This document shows, in pieces, positions 39,492 through 49,740 of a DNA stretch of 64,000 bases. The stretch spans positions 352,001-416,000 of the forward strand of contig OY970280.1 in assembly GCA_963715865.1 (NCBI GenBank), read 5' to 3'. The stretch's first letter is position 1; the number at the start of each line of letters is the position of its first letter. The notes under the pieces were generated by a model. That model was not told where the DNA came from and ran no database searches. It saw only the letters and a list, made by a program, of their open reading frames with translations. Position numbers and translations under genes: made by a program. The DNA is from Candidatus Bathyarchaeota archaeon (GTDB lineage Archaea > Thermoproteota > Bathyarchaeia > Bathyarchaeales > Bathycorpusculaceae).

Positions 39492-40226
39492 TTATTTGTT
39501 GGATGAATTAAGCCTGAAAGCCAACATATCCAAACCTATCTGTTTAGCATCTTGAAGAAGGTTTACTTTTGACTCACCTTTCTTTCTTTTCTCAGACCAC
39601 TTAACTCCGACTTCAAGCACTGGAAAACCAAGCTTTTTGCAGCGCACAATCATTTCAGTGTCAAAGAAATAACCATCCGACTTAGAAATGCTCAGCACTG
39701 TTTCTGCAACTTCTCGGCTCATTATTTTGAAGCCGCATTGGTGGTCATGTATTCCGTCAAGAAAAAGCAGCCTAACGAACAGGTTGTAAGTTAAACTGAA
39801 CAAGGTTCTGGAAACACGGCGCTGAACACATGAGCCTTCAACATGTCTGGAGCCGATTGCCATTCCACCGTTTTCTGTGACTAACTGTAAAAGCTGGGGT
39901 AAACATTCAAGATCAGTCGCCAAATCCACATCCATGAAGACTATGACGTTGCCCTTAGAGGAGCTGAGTGCGTTTTTGATAGCTTTGCCTTTTCCTAAAC
40001 GGCTAGGTGAATGCAGTAAAACCAAGTTTGGGTTAAATTTAGCCATTTTTGCCACAATAGCGTCTGTTCCGTCTGTGCTTCCGTCTTCAGATACTATTAT
40101 CTCGTATGATTTGGAAAAGGAACTAACAGCCGCTTCAACTTCCAGCACACATTTTTCAATCTGTAACGCCTCGTTGTATGCAGGCAGTACGATTGAAATT
40201 TCCTTTTTAGGCTGCACGTATTTCAC
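39492..40226 (-). CDS. GT2 glycosyltransferase (polyprenol-phosphate glycosyltransferase-like)
   Basis: LPAYNE, EDGSTDGT, GKGKA, FMDVD, DHQCGFK. Confidence 0.92.
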   Translation of the reverse strand: MKYVQPKKEISIVLPAYNEALQIEKCVLEVEAAVSSFSKSYEIIVSEDGSTDGTDAIVAKMAKFNPNLVLLHSPSRLGKGKAIKNALSSSKGNVIVFMDVDLATDLECLPQLLQLVTENGGMAIGSRHVEGSCVQRRVSRTLFSLTYNLFVRLLFLDGIHDHQCGFKIMSREVAETVLSISKSDGYFFDTEMIVRCKKLGFPVLEVGVKWSEKRKKGESKVNLLQDAKQIGLDMLAFRLNSSNK

Positions 40227-40466
40227 GACATTCTACCTTCCCAAACTCAAAAAACTAATGCTTCTTTATCATAAATGACTTGTGTATTTCCCCGAAAATT
40301 TTAACGGTGACATTCTTCACGATAGCATAAACTCTTTTTAGAGGTGCCCTATTAATTCTCATTCTAAAGGGGTCGCTAAAAAATAACGTCAACAACCAGC
40401 ACTAGCGGGCAGCCTCCATATAGAAGAGCAAGGCTTAGAAACCTAGGCCAGCGAACACTTGCATTT

Positions 40467-42047
40467 ATGGAAAAATACCGGTATGAACTGGCATTATTGA
40501 TTTTCTTAGCTGTCTTCGCTTTTGCTGCGTTGTATAATTTGGGTTTCATGTCTGTTCAATGGGATGAAATGCCCCACTTAAACGGAGGCTTGCTCCTAAC
40601 CCGCGGGCAAACGTACGAGTACATGACAACTTACGGCTATTACCCGCCACTTTTTGATTTAATAACGACGGGTTACTTGCAAATTTTTGGTTTAACTTCG
40701 GTTGCAGGAAGATTGGTTTCTGTGACCTTTGCATTGCTCGGTATTTTGGCTGTATTCGCGTTTTCCAACCGCATGTATGGTCCGAAAAATGCTCTAGTCG
40801 CAAGTGTTCTGCTTGGCACAATGCCCGGCTTCTTTTGGCTTTCAAGAGTAACAATGCTAGAAACAATGCTCATCTTCTTTTTCACATTGGTAATGTTCGT
40901 TTTTTACTCTTGGATAACTAAGAATAGTTACAAAGCGCTTTTTTTTAGCGGCTTAGCCTTAGGCATAGGCATTCTGGCGAAGTATCAAATTTTAGTCGCA
41001 GCCATAGCAATGATAGCAAGCGTTCTGTTGCTTTGCAGAAAAAGATTGAAGATAAGCTTGGCAAAGCTCATACTCATACTTGTAATAGCAATATTGGTGG
41101 TGGCACCTTGGTTTTTAATGATTTACCAAATTAATGGTGTAACTAAATTTCAAACTATACAGTATGTTTTACAAGTCGGCGGGGAAAACCGACCAGGATA
41201 CAGCAACCGATTTTTTTCTCCGGTATTCTATTTGGTTGAGATGACTTGGCCGTTTAATGACATTCCAGTCCACCCAATCTCGCTGCCTATTTTCATTTTA
41301 GGTTTATGCGGTTTAGCGTTGTTTGCTTACAGAAGAAAAAAGCAAGACATTTTCTTACTCACATGGTTCATAATAGTTTACGTTTTCTTTACCATTATCC
41401 CAGACAGACAATGGCGCTATGTAGACCCGCTTTTCCCAATTTTAGCAATCTCAGCAGCCAGCTTCATTATTTTTCTATACGGAAAAATCCGTGCTTGGAA
41501 GCCCAAGCAGATAGGGCTCAGCGGTGACCGCTTTAAGAAGTTTGCAGCGGCGCTTTTCATTGTTCTTGCTACATCAACGATTGTTTATAGCAGTTATGAT
41601 GCTTATCAGATGACTGCCCGAGACCAGATTCACATACCCATAGACGAGGCAACAAACTACTTGGCTAGCCACTTGAGCCAAAACCAGTCAGCAGTGATTA
41701 TTTGCGCTTCCAACCTTTTGGACCAAGACATGTTTAGGTTTTACTTGCCTGCAAACATGTCAAAAGACCAGATTTGGCAGTACCCGGACTTGGCTGTTGA
41801 TGCTTTTACACCTAACTTCAACATTACAGAATTTGTTGGTCTATGTCAGCAACGTAATGTTAAATACATTATTCTTTTTGATTATGGACCTCACACTCAA
41901 TTTTTTAACACTACGCTAGATTATACACAAGTCGAAACCATGATTTACAATACCCATAGATTTGGCGATCCATTGGACCAGCCTTTCTTTGGCTATTTCT
42001 CTAACAACAAGGGGTATAGACTTTTTCTAGTCCGTTTCTTAGGTTAA
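40467..42047 (+). CDS. GT-C fold (ArnT/PMT, GT39-like) glycosyltransferase
   Basis: WDE motif after first TM, YPPLF, GILAKY, many TMs, DRQWRY. Confidence 0.85.
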   Translation: MEKYRYELALLIFLAVFAFAALYNLGFMSVQWDEMPHLNGGLLLTRGQTYEYMTTYGYYPPLFDLITTGYLQIFGLTSVAGRLVSVTFALLGILAVFAFSNRMYGPKNALVASVLLGTMPGFFWLSRVTMLETMLIFFFTLVMFVFYSWITKNSYKALFFSGLALGIGILAKYQILVAAIAMIASVLLLCRKRLKISLAKLILILVIAILVVAPWFLMIYQINGVTKFQTIQYVLQVGGENRPGYSNRFFSPVFYLVEMTWPFNDIPVHPISLPIFILGLCGLALFAYRRKKQDIFLLTWFIIVYVFFTIIPDRQWRYVDPLFPILAISAASFIIFLYGKIRAWKPKQIGLSGDRFKKFAAALFIVLATSTIVYSSYDAYQMTARDQIHIPIDEATNYLASHLSQNQSAVIICASNLLDQDMFRFYLPANMSKDQIWQYPDLAVDAFTPNFNITEFVGLCQQRNVKYIILFDYGPHTQFFNTTLDYTQVETMIYNTHRFGDPLDQPFFGYFSNNKGYRLFLVRFLG

Positions 42048-42053
42048 CTCCTT

Positions 42054-42500
42054 TTAGCCGATTTCTAAAAATTCAAAACCAGTATCCTTGCTTTTAGCTC
42101 TTTTAGCTGAAGAACCAGCCAGTTCTAGAATGACTACTTCGCCTATTTGCCATACATCAACTCCCATGCGCACGCAGCCTGTAACCGCCGTGTCATTTCT
42201 TCCGAAGCTTGCATGCATGTGCAGTTTCGGTTGCCCTTGCTCGTCAGCGAAGATTGTTCCTACACCGCAGGCTTCATGCACTCCTTTCAAAAGCGTTACC
42301 ATCGGTTCAGGAGGAAGAGCTTTGCCGTCTTTTGGTCCAACGACAATTTTGCTTTTGTCTTCTGCGCCGCCTAAAAAGAAGCACAGCGCACTGGAAACTT
42401 GCTTTTGGGAAGCGAATTTTTCTATAACTTCATGTAAGCGTTCGCCCTGGTGAAGCCTGAGTATGAAGATTCTTCCAAGTTTAGCTTCAGTAAATTCCAT
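42054..42500 (-). CDS. PPC/DUF296 domain protein
   Basis: LRLHQGERL, LHMHASFG, EVVILE. Confidence 0.88.
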   Translation of the reverse strand: MEFTEAKLGRIFILRLHQGERLHEVIEKFASQKQVSSALCFFLGGAEDKSKIVVGPKDGKALPPEPMVTLLKGVHEACGVGTIFADEQGQPKLHMHASFGRNDTAVTGCVRMGVDVWQIGEVVILELAGSSAKRAKSKDTGFEFLEIG

Positions 42501-42562
42501 GTTTTTAGCCCTCGCTTCAATGAATCAGACTGTTCGCTCATCAAGTATTAAAGATTGGCTTT

Positions 42563-43156
42563 TCAATAATTAAAACGCTGGTTCTTCCATACATCGGCAT
42601 TGTCACTGTATCCGCGTCGTTCCCAGAAGCCTAACTCTTTGCCCCGAGTAAACCGCAAATGCACCACCCACAACGCACTTTTATACGCGTATTTGCTTGG
42701 AACTACAAGGCGCACTGGAAAACCGCACCCTTCTTCCAATGCTTCACCATTAAGTTTGTAAGCTAAAAGCACGTCATCGCCATAGAGTTCTTCTCGGAAA
42801 AGCGAAGTGGTATACGAGTCGGCGCATTCAAAAGTTACAGCCCTAGCAACATCTTTAGGTTTAACAAGCTTCTCGATGTCGCGGATGCGTACGCCTTCCC
42901 ATTTGCAATCCAGAACGCTCCAGCCCTCAACGCAATGAAAATCGCTAACTGAGACGGACTTGGGCAACTGCATAAAATCATCCCAGCTTAACTTAACTGG
43001 ATTTTCAACTTCACCATCAATTGTCAAGGTGTAGGTTTCGAGTTTCAGCTGTGGATTAGTTGAGGTTATGCCTGGATGGTCAATGCCCCACCGTAAAATG
43101 CGGTCTGTCGCTGTTTGGTTGGGCGGCAACTTCCTGTTCAACTTTTCAGAAGACAA
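42563..43156 (-). CDS. Molybdopterin-dependent oxidoreductase (sulfite oxidase family)
   Basis: DFHCVEGWS, WEGV, GFPVRLVVP, YKSALWV, GFWERRGY. Confidence 0.9.
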   Translation of the reverse strand: MSSEKLNRKLPPNQTATDRILRWGIDHPGITSTNPQLKLETYTLTIDGEVENPVKLSWDDFMQLPKSVSVSDFHCVEGWSVLDCKWEGVRIRDIEKLVKPKDVARAVTFECADSYTTSLFREELYGDDVLLAYKLNGEALEEGCGFPVRLVVPSKYAYKSALWVVHLRFTRGKELGFWERRGYSDNADVWKNQRFNY

Positions 43157-43212
43157 ATTGGACGACCCTAGTTGAAAATGGCTTTACATGAAGAAAAAGT
43201 TTACTTTGATTG

Positions 43213-44325
43213 TTAGCTTGTTTGGAAAAAGCTTGTTAACTGCTTTTGCTGTGGTTCTTCCTTACTGAATCCTGAGACTTTAACGCCGACTCTTCGAACT
43301 TCAAGCTGGCTTTCGCTTAGGAATTTTTCGAAGAGTTCTTTTACGTTTTTCCTGATTGTTTCTGGGTCTTTTGCTGATTGCTCAAGCGTTATTGTTCTGC
43401 TTTTGCTGCTTAAATCAGTCATGACCATGTAAATTGCAACTTGCTTGAAGCCCAAGTTCTTCTCCGCTAGCTCCTTTGAAATGTCATCTGTTAACTCGTC
43501 TGTTTTCTGCAAAATAAATGCTAAATCACGCGAGTCCTGCTTTAAGGTGCCGATTCTGCTTATTGATTCGGCTTCGCCTTGCTCTTGAACGGGTTCATTA
43601 TCAACCGCGTTTGCAGCATTATGAAAATAAATACCAAGCGTTTTGCCGAATATCTCGATGAGTCTTTGCACATCATAATTTGCTAAGTCACTTATTGTTT
43701 TTATGCCTAAGGAATCCATTTTTGCTGAAGTCTTTTTTCCCACGCCTAAGAGGCGGTCAACAGGCAACGGAGAAAGAAAACTTTGTGCTTCTTCTGGCTT
43801 GACGATTGTTAAGCCCTCGGGTTTTTGGCTGTCACAGGCAATTTTAGCGACAAGCTTGTTCGGTCCAACGCCCACAGAGAAAGAAATGCCCACTTGGTTT
43901 TTGGCTTCAGTTTTTATTTTTTGAGCGTAAGTTTTAGCGGTTTCGAAGCTACCTTGAACGTTCGCTGTAACATCCAAATATGCTTCATCTACGCTTACCT
44001 GCTCGAAACTGCTTGCGTAGCCACGAAGAATCCGCATTATGCTATCGCTTATTTGCTCATAATATTCGTAATCAACTGGCAAGAAAACTGCGTCTGTGCC
44101 TTCTAGTTTCCGTTTAGCAAGAAACAGGGGCATGCCAGATTTAACGTCGTATCTGCGAGCAACGTAGTTGCTGGTGCTTACTGCTCCGCTTTCCTCTGTG
44201 CGCCCCGAATAAACGCCAATGACAACGGGCTTGTCTTTGAGCGTTGGGTTGCGTAGCTCCTCGCATTGCGCAAAGAAATAGTCAAAATCAACCAGCATGA
44301 CCACACGGTTCTGCAATCGATTCAC
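43213..44325 (-). CDS. dinB: DNA polymerase IV (Y family, DinB/Dpo4)
   Basis: VDFDYFFAQ, SNYVAR, SVDEAY, LGVGKKT, RRVGV. Confidence 0.95.
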   Translation of the reverse strand: MNRLQNRVVMLVDFDYFFAQCEELRNPTLKDKPVVIGVYSGRTEESGAVSTSNYVARRYDVKSGMPLFLAKRKLEGTDAVFLPVDYEYYEQISDSIMRILRGYASSFEQVSVDEAYLDVTANVQGSFETAKTYAQKIKTEAKNQVGISFSVGVGPNKLVAKIACDSQKPEGLTIVKPEEAQSFLSPLPVDRLLGVGKKTSAKMDSLGIKTISDLANYDVQRLIEIFGKTLGIYFHNAANAVDNEPVQEQGEAESISRIGTLKQDSRDLAFILQKTDELTDDISKELAEKNLGFKQVAIYMVMTDLSSKSRTITLEQSAKDPETIRKNVKELFEKFLSESQLEVRRVGVKVSGFSKEEPQQKQLTSFFQTS

Positions 44326-45188
44326 TTTCCTCTATCCTTAGGCATAAGCCAAGACCCATCACACGGCGCCGTGTTTAACTCAGCTAAGCCTTCCCTGCAA
44401 ACACCAAACTTCATCCCGTTCGCCGCTGCCAAGTCACGAACGCTTTTAAGAAGTCTGAACCTGAGCTCTTTTGGCAGGAGCGTGTTGCCGCCGAGTTTTT
44501 CGCCCTGCTGAAAATAGAGCGGTTTCAATTTCTCAGCAACTTTAGGCATGGCTTGCGAGAGACGCATCCAATTGTCTGGTTTAGCCTTGTAAGTTGAGCA
44601 TGTTAAATGTTTAACGCCTAAACTTGCTAGAGCGGCGATGAGTTTTTGCGGCTGGTCGTTTACTAAGGGTATAATGGGGTCTATTCGCACAGAGACAGGT
44701 ATGCCTTTTTTGATTAAGTCTTGCGCCGCTCTTAAGCGCTGAGATGGCAAGGGCGCATGCGGTTCGATGAGTTTCGCTAAGTTATCATCGTCTGTTGTTA
44801 TGGTTAACGCTACGGTTGATGGAACCTTGCTTAGCAGGTCATCGTCTCTAACTACAATATTGCTTTTAGTTATGATTTGTATTTTGCAGTTACTTTCCGC
44901 AAGAATTTCAAGGCACCGCCTTGTCAAGCCAGTAGATGCTTCGGCACGCGGGTACGGGTCAGAAGAGTTGGCTACTGAAACTGTTTCGCCGTTGAGTTTT
45001 GCTGCTTCCCGCTTCAAAGCCGCAAGCAGGTCTTTTTTTGGTCTGCAATCGCTGAAGCTCGGAATGTAACTGGAAGCGTAACAGTAGACGCATTGGTGGT
45101 CGCATCCAGTGTAAGGGTTAAACGTAAGCTTCGGCGGACAAGTGCACAGGCCAGAACGCCATGGGTCAAAGCGTGAAATCAACGGCAC
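44322..45188 (-). CDS. Radical SAM protein, spore photoproduct lyase-like family
   Basis: NPYTGCDHQCVYCYA, SDPYP, TRRCLE, ITKS. Confidence 0.85.
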   Translation of the reverse strand: MPLISRFDPWRSGLCTCPPKLTFNPYTGCDHQCVYCYASSYIPSFSDCRPKKDLLAALKREAAKLNGETVSVANSSDPYPRAEASTGLTRRCLEILAESNCKIQIITKSNIVVRDDDLLSKVPSTVALTITTDDDNLAKLIEPHAPLPSQRLRAAQDLIKKGIPVSVRIDPIIPLVNDQPQKLIAALASLGVKHLTCSTYKAKPDNWMRLSQAMPKVAEKLKPLYFQQGEKLGGNTLLPKELRFRLLKSVRDLAAANGMKFGVCREGLAELNTAPCDGSWLMPKDRGK

Positions 45189-45424
45189 CTAACTTCACTT
45201 ACCAGTACTATTCAGTGAGGTAAACAAAAACCATTCGCAGGAAAATTTACCGTTCTTCAAAAAACATAGCTTGAAGTTACTTTCTAATTTTTATATCGTG
45301 ATCTTTCATTTTAATCTAATCGAGAGCGAAGTTCTCATGGCTCATCGCTGGCAACATCCACTCAGATACAAAATGTAACTGTGCTGGGAAAGCATTAAAT
45401 CTCTTCGTTTTCCACTATAAAAGC

Positions 45425-46834
45425 ATGAAAACTTTTCTTAGCTTCCTAAAAGAGGAAAACATGAGCTTATTCACCGATTTTTATGAGTTAACTATGTGCG
45501 CAAGCTACTTTGACAACAAAAACTTTGAGCCTGCCACCTTTGACTTGTTCATTAGGCGGCTGCCTGAAAACCGCTCCTACTTCTTATTCGCAGGGTTAGA
45601 ACAAGCCCTGCAGTACTTGCAAAGCATCAAATTCACAGAAGAACATCTGGCTTACCTTAAAAACCAGGGGTTTAGCCAAGATTTCCTTGATTATTTGCGC
45701 GGTTTTAGGTTTACGGGTGATGTTTGTGCTGTTCCAGAGGGCACAGTGACTTTTCCAAATGAACCCTTAATCCGCGTTACAGCGCCGATTATTGAGGCTC
45801 AGCTCGTTGAGACTTTCCTGCTAAACACTGTCAACTTGCAAACCATGATAGCCACCAAAGCCTCACGTGTAGTGCACGCAGCCAAGGGAAAAACTGTAAT
45901 TGAGTTCGGCTTAAGAAGAGAACAGGGCATTGATGCTGGAATGAAAGTGGCACGGAGCAGTTACATAGCTGGATGCCAAGGTACCAGTAACGTTTTAGCA
46001 GGGCAAGTCTATGGCATTCCAGTTTTCGGTACCATGGCTCATTCGTTTATCATGTCTTACCCGAAAGAGATTGATGCGTTCCGCGCTTTCTCCAAAACTT
46101 TCCCAAACAAGTCCACCCTTCTCATTGACACTTACGATGACCTTTCAGGTGCGGAAAAAGCTGCAGTTGTAGCCAAAGAGCTTGAGGCTAAGGGCTTTAG
46201 GCTTGGAGGCGTCCGCTTGGACAGCGGCGATTTGGCGCAAACAAGCAAAAAAGTCCGAAAAATCCTTGATGACCAAGGCTTGGCTTATGCAAAGATTTTT
46301 GCCAGTGGCGACTTGGATGAATTCAAAATCGCAGAACTGCTCAGTAACGGCGCACAAATTGACTCCTTTGGCGTAGGGACAAAAATGGGCACTTCAGCGG
46401 ATAGACCTTATTTGGACGTGATTTACAAACTCTGCGAAACAATGACCACTGATGGCGCTTTTTCGCCTATAATGAAGTTAAGCAAAGACAAAATCACTTT
46501 GCCCGGTCGAAAACAAGTTTACCGCTTCAAAAACGCCGAGGGAAACTTCGAAAAAGACGTCATCGCTTTGGCTAATGAAAAAGTGCAGGGTGAACCGTTG
46601 CTTGTTAAAGTCATGGACAAGGGCAAATTAATTTATAACCTACCATCGCTTGATGAAATTCGAGCCGCTGCTGCCGAGAACCTATCTAAACTTCCAGAGG
46701 ACTATAAGGTATTAACTGGTGCGCCTGTTTATCCGGTTGAGTTAAGCAGAAACTTGCAGAACCTGATTAAAACCTTAAAGCGACAATTAACCATAAATGA
46801 GATTAACCATGGAGTTTCTAACTCGCAAGCTTAA
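45425..46834 (+). CDS. pncB: Nicotinate phosphoribosyltransferase
   Basis: TDFYELTM, EFGLRR, GTMAHS, LIDTYD, RLDSGD. Confidence 0.95.
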   Translation: MKTFLSFLKEENMSLFTDFYELTMCASYFDNKNFEPATFDLFIRRLPENRSYFLFAGLEQALQYLQSIKFTEEHLAYLKNQGFSQDFLDYLRGFRFTGDVCAVPEGTVTFPNEPLIRVTAPIIEAQLVETFLLNTVNLQTMIATKASRVVHAAKGKTVIEFGLRREQGIDAGMKVARSSYIAGCQGTSNVLAGQVYGIPVFGTMAHSFIMSYPKEIDAFRAFSKTFPNKSTLLIDTYDDLSGAEKAAVVAKELEAKGFRLGGVRLDSGDLAQTSKKVRKILDDQGLAYAKIFASGDLDEFKIAELLSNGAQIDSFGVGTKMGTSADRPYLDVIYKLCETMTTDGAFSPIMKLSKDKITLPGRKQVYRFKNAEGNFEKDVIALANEKVQGEPLLVKVMDKGKLIYNLPSLDEIRAAAAENLSKLPEDYKVLTGAPVYPVELSRNLQNLIKTLKRQLTINEINHGVSNSQA

Positions 46835-46925
46835 CGTTTCTTCTATTTTCATGCGAAATATGGCAAACACTTAATAGTCTTTCCAGAAAAGGATAAATGC
46901 TATCAAAAAAAGGGGAGAGCACATC

Positions 46926-48137
46926 TTGCAAGACCGTCCAGCTATAGTTGCTGTTGGTAGAACCAAGTTCGGAGAGCATTACGGCAAAGAGCCAGAAAAA
47001 CTAATTGAGGAAGCTTGGCTTGCCGCTTCAAACGAATGTAACATAGAACGCAAAGACCTAGAAGCCTGTTACATGTCAGATTGCTTTCTCCCAATTACAA
47101 ATAAACTAGGCTTAGAAGAAGGCTTCCTTTCAGAACTCACGGAACTTCACGTGCCTATGGAAGTAACTCGCTCTTTCAGCGCTGCATTGTTAACCGCTTG
47201 TCATGCAATTCAGGCCGGAGTCTACAACACAGTTCTAGTGGGCGGTATAGAAAAAATGACTGACCGCTGGGACAAAATACGCGACGACCTCATGCTTCTA
47301 GAAGACCCATGGAGCTACTATGCGGGTGGCACTCCGGAGTCAAATCATGAGCTTATGCTGAGAGCTTACATAAAAAAGCACAATATAACCGGCGAAAACC
47401 TTGACAAACTCTACATCGCTCTTGCTCAGGTGTCAGTTAAAAATCATGCGAATGCAACCAAAAACAAGTATGCTCAGTTCCAAAGAAAAATCACTGTTGA
47501 CCAAGTCCTAAACGCTAGGAAAGCAGCGCATAAACCCTTGGGGCTCTTCGATTTCGCGCCAATTTCTGACGGCGCATCAGCTTTGATTCTTACAAGCGAG
47601 GCAGTTGCCAAAAAGTTAAGTGACAATCCAGTTTACGTTTTGAGTTGCACTTCAGCCACTGATTACCTGAATTATCCCGCAAGAGAAGACCTATCCCATT
47701 TTGTTGCAGCTGAACTTGCCATGAAGAATGCTTCTCAAATGGCTAAAATAGCTTTGTCTGACATGAAGGTTATCGAAGTAAATGACCAGTCAACCATGAT
47801 GGAGCTTGTTTCCCTTGAAGATTTAGGCTTCTGCGAACCGGGAACAGCTTGGAAAAGCATATATGAAAGTTGCCAAAACAACCAAAACTGGTACGAAATA
47901 AACGGCAGGCAACTTTTCGTTAACACTGATGGCGGATTAAAAGCAGATGGAAACCCGTTAGGCGCCACTGGTGGAGCGCAAATTTTCGAGATTTACCGCC
48001 AGTTAAGAGGTGAGGCTGGCGAACGTCAGGTTAACATTGGTAAAGGTTCACCGAAGAATGGTTGTGTGTTAGAATTTGAGGGCTTTGGAACTAAAGCTTA
48101 CGTTAGCATTCTAGGAGCGAAGAAGGATGAGCAGTGA
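46926..48137 (+). CDS. Thiolase-fold protein lacking canonical catalytic residues
   Basis: GRTKFG, GGIEKM, APISDGASA, GGLKA.GNP.GATG; no CASG Cys, EVHD changed to EVND, GHP to GNP. Confidence 0.85.
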   Translation: MQDRPAIVAVGRTKFGEHYGKEPEKLIEEAWLAASNECNIERKDLEACYMSDCFLPITNKLGLEEGFLSELTELHVPMEVTRSFSAALLTACHAIQAGVYNTVLVGGIEKMTDRWDKIRDDLMLLEDPWSYYAGGTPESNHELMLRAYIKKHNITGENLDKLYIALAQVSVKNHANATKNKYAQFQRKITVDQVLNARKAAHKPLGLFDFAPISDGASALILTSEAVAKKLSDNPVYVLSCTSATDYLNYPAREDLSHFVAAELAMKNASQMAKIALSDMKVIEVNDQSTMMELVSLEDLGFCEPGTAWKSIYESCQNNQNWYEINGRQLFVNTDGGLKADGNPLGATGGAQIFEIYRQLRGEAGERQVNIGKGSPKNGCVLEFEGFGTKAYVSILGAKKDEQ

Positions 48138-49635
48138 ACCGATAGAGCGAAGGGTTTCTTATTTAGGCGACAGGTTAAAAGCAAGTCGCTGTCAAAGTTG
48201 CGGCAAAGAATATTTTGAAATGAGAGATTACTGTAGCAACTGTGGCAGAAAAAGCTACGGAAAAATGGATAGCATAGACCTGTTTTATGATAAAGGAAAA
48301 CTTGAATTATGCACTTTCATCAATGAACCCACAAACAAGTTCACGAAACTCTCAAGCTTCGTTTATGGAATTGTTTCTTTTCATGACGGTAAAATCCGCC
48401 TTCCCGGAAGGCTAACTGACCAGCTGATAAATGATGGTGACGATGTTGATTTTTCAAGTCTTGAGGGAAGAGAAGTGATTCCCCGTTTTAGAAGACGCTA
48501 TTCAGTAGGTAAAAGCGACTTGATTCCAACAATCTCTTTGGCTTTCACTTTAGCCGACGAGTACTATCCGCATCAGGAGTACAGTGTAGTTGCGCCAAAC
48601 AAAGAATATGATATCCCTGGCGTTGTAGGTTATGGCGTTTACACTTCCAGGTTTCGAATAAAAGAAGTCGGCCTCGAACGCGCTGTGCCCTTTATCGACG
48701 AAGATGCAGTAACAGCTGCAGTAGAGGCTGGAAAACTAGCGCTGATTCATTCAGGCGTCGACAGCAGATTAGTTGGGAAAGTTTACGTTGGCTCAGAATC
48801 TAACCCGTATGCGGTTAAGCCTATCGCGTCAAAAGTAGCTCAGGTTCTCAAGCTTGGCGAAGAAGACGGTGATATTCAAGGCGTTGACGCAGTAGACACA
48901 GAGTTTGCTTGTAAAGCTGCTTCAAGCATGTTTAAAGACGCGGCTTCCCTTGTCAGCTACTCACGGTCAGGCATAAAGTACGCTATGGTTATCGGTGCAG
49001 ATAACGCTCAAGCAGCACCAAGAGGCTGTCCTGGCGGTGAACTGGACACGTTTGTCGGGTATGGCGGCGCCGCGTTCATTTTCGGAAAACATGACGTTAT
49101 CGCTGAAGTTGAAGGATGGTACTCATGCACTTCTGATACACCCGATTTTTGGCGCAGAGACGGTGAACCTTTCCCGATGCATGGTGGACGATTCACTGGT
49201 GACCCAGCTTATTTCAAGCATGTTCGCAAGGCAGCTAGTAAACTTATGGAACGCTTAAACCTGAAAGCAAGTGACTTGAACTATTTTGTGGCGCATCAGC
49301 CTAACCCCCAGTTCCCAGTTAGAATCGCAAAGGAGCTTGGATTTAGAGATGAGCAGTATTTGCCTTCGCTTCAAATCAACAAGTTCGGCAACACTTATTC
49401 TGGTAGCTCGCCTGTGGGTTTAGCCGCAGTGTTAGACATCGCAAAGCCTGAAGAGCGTATCTTAGTTACAAGTTACGGTTCAGGCGCGGGAAGCGACGCG
49501 TACCTGCTGAGGACGACGAGTCAACTTTTGGATAAGCGCAGTCGGCAGAAAATGAACGTAAAGTTCCAGGCAGAAAACCCGTTTTTAGAGTACGTGGATT
49601 ATACAACTTATCGTCGGCTTAAACTTGGCATGTAA
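48127..49635 (+). CDS. DUF35 (Zn ribbon-OB) fused to hydroxymethylglutaryl-CoA synthase
   Basis: CQSC...CSNC plus OB fold, then EDAVT, GSES, EFACKA, HQPN, GNTYSG, SYGSGAGSD. Confidence 0.9.
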   Translation: MSSEPIERRVSYLGDRLKASRCQSCGKEYFEMRDYCSNCGRKSYGKMDSIDLFYDKGKLELCTFINEPTNKFTKLSSFVYGIVSFHDGKIRLPGRLTDQLINDGDDVDFSSLEGREVIPRFRRRYSVGKSDLIPTISLAFTLADEYYPHQEYSVVAPNKEYDIPGVVGYGVYTSRFRIKEVGLERAVPFIDEDAVTAAVEAGKLALIHSGVDSRLVGKVYVGSESNPYAVKPIASKVAQVLKLGEEDGDIQGVDAVDTEFACKAASSMFKDAASLVSYSRSGIKYAMVIGADNAQAAPRGCPGGELDTFVGYGGAAFIFGKHDVIAEVEGWYSCTSDTPDFWRRDGEPFPMHGGRFTGDPAYFKHVRKAASKLMERLNLKASDLNYFVAHQPNPQFPVRIAKELGFRDEQYLPSLQINKFGNTYSGSSPVGLAAVLDIAKPEERILVTSYGSGAGSDAYLLRTTSQLLDKRSRQKMNVKFQAENPFLEYVDYTTYRRLKLGM

Positions 49636-49740
49636 CAAAGGTTCTGCAAATCCAAGGTTGCAATGGGTTTAAGCTAGCAAATGTTTTATCTCCCTCCAGC
49701 TCTGATTCCTAAACAAGAAAAGGAGGGCTAAATCGCTGAC

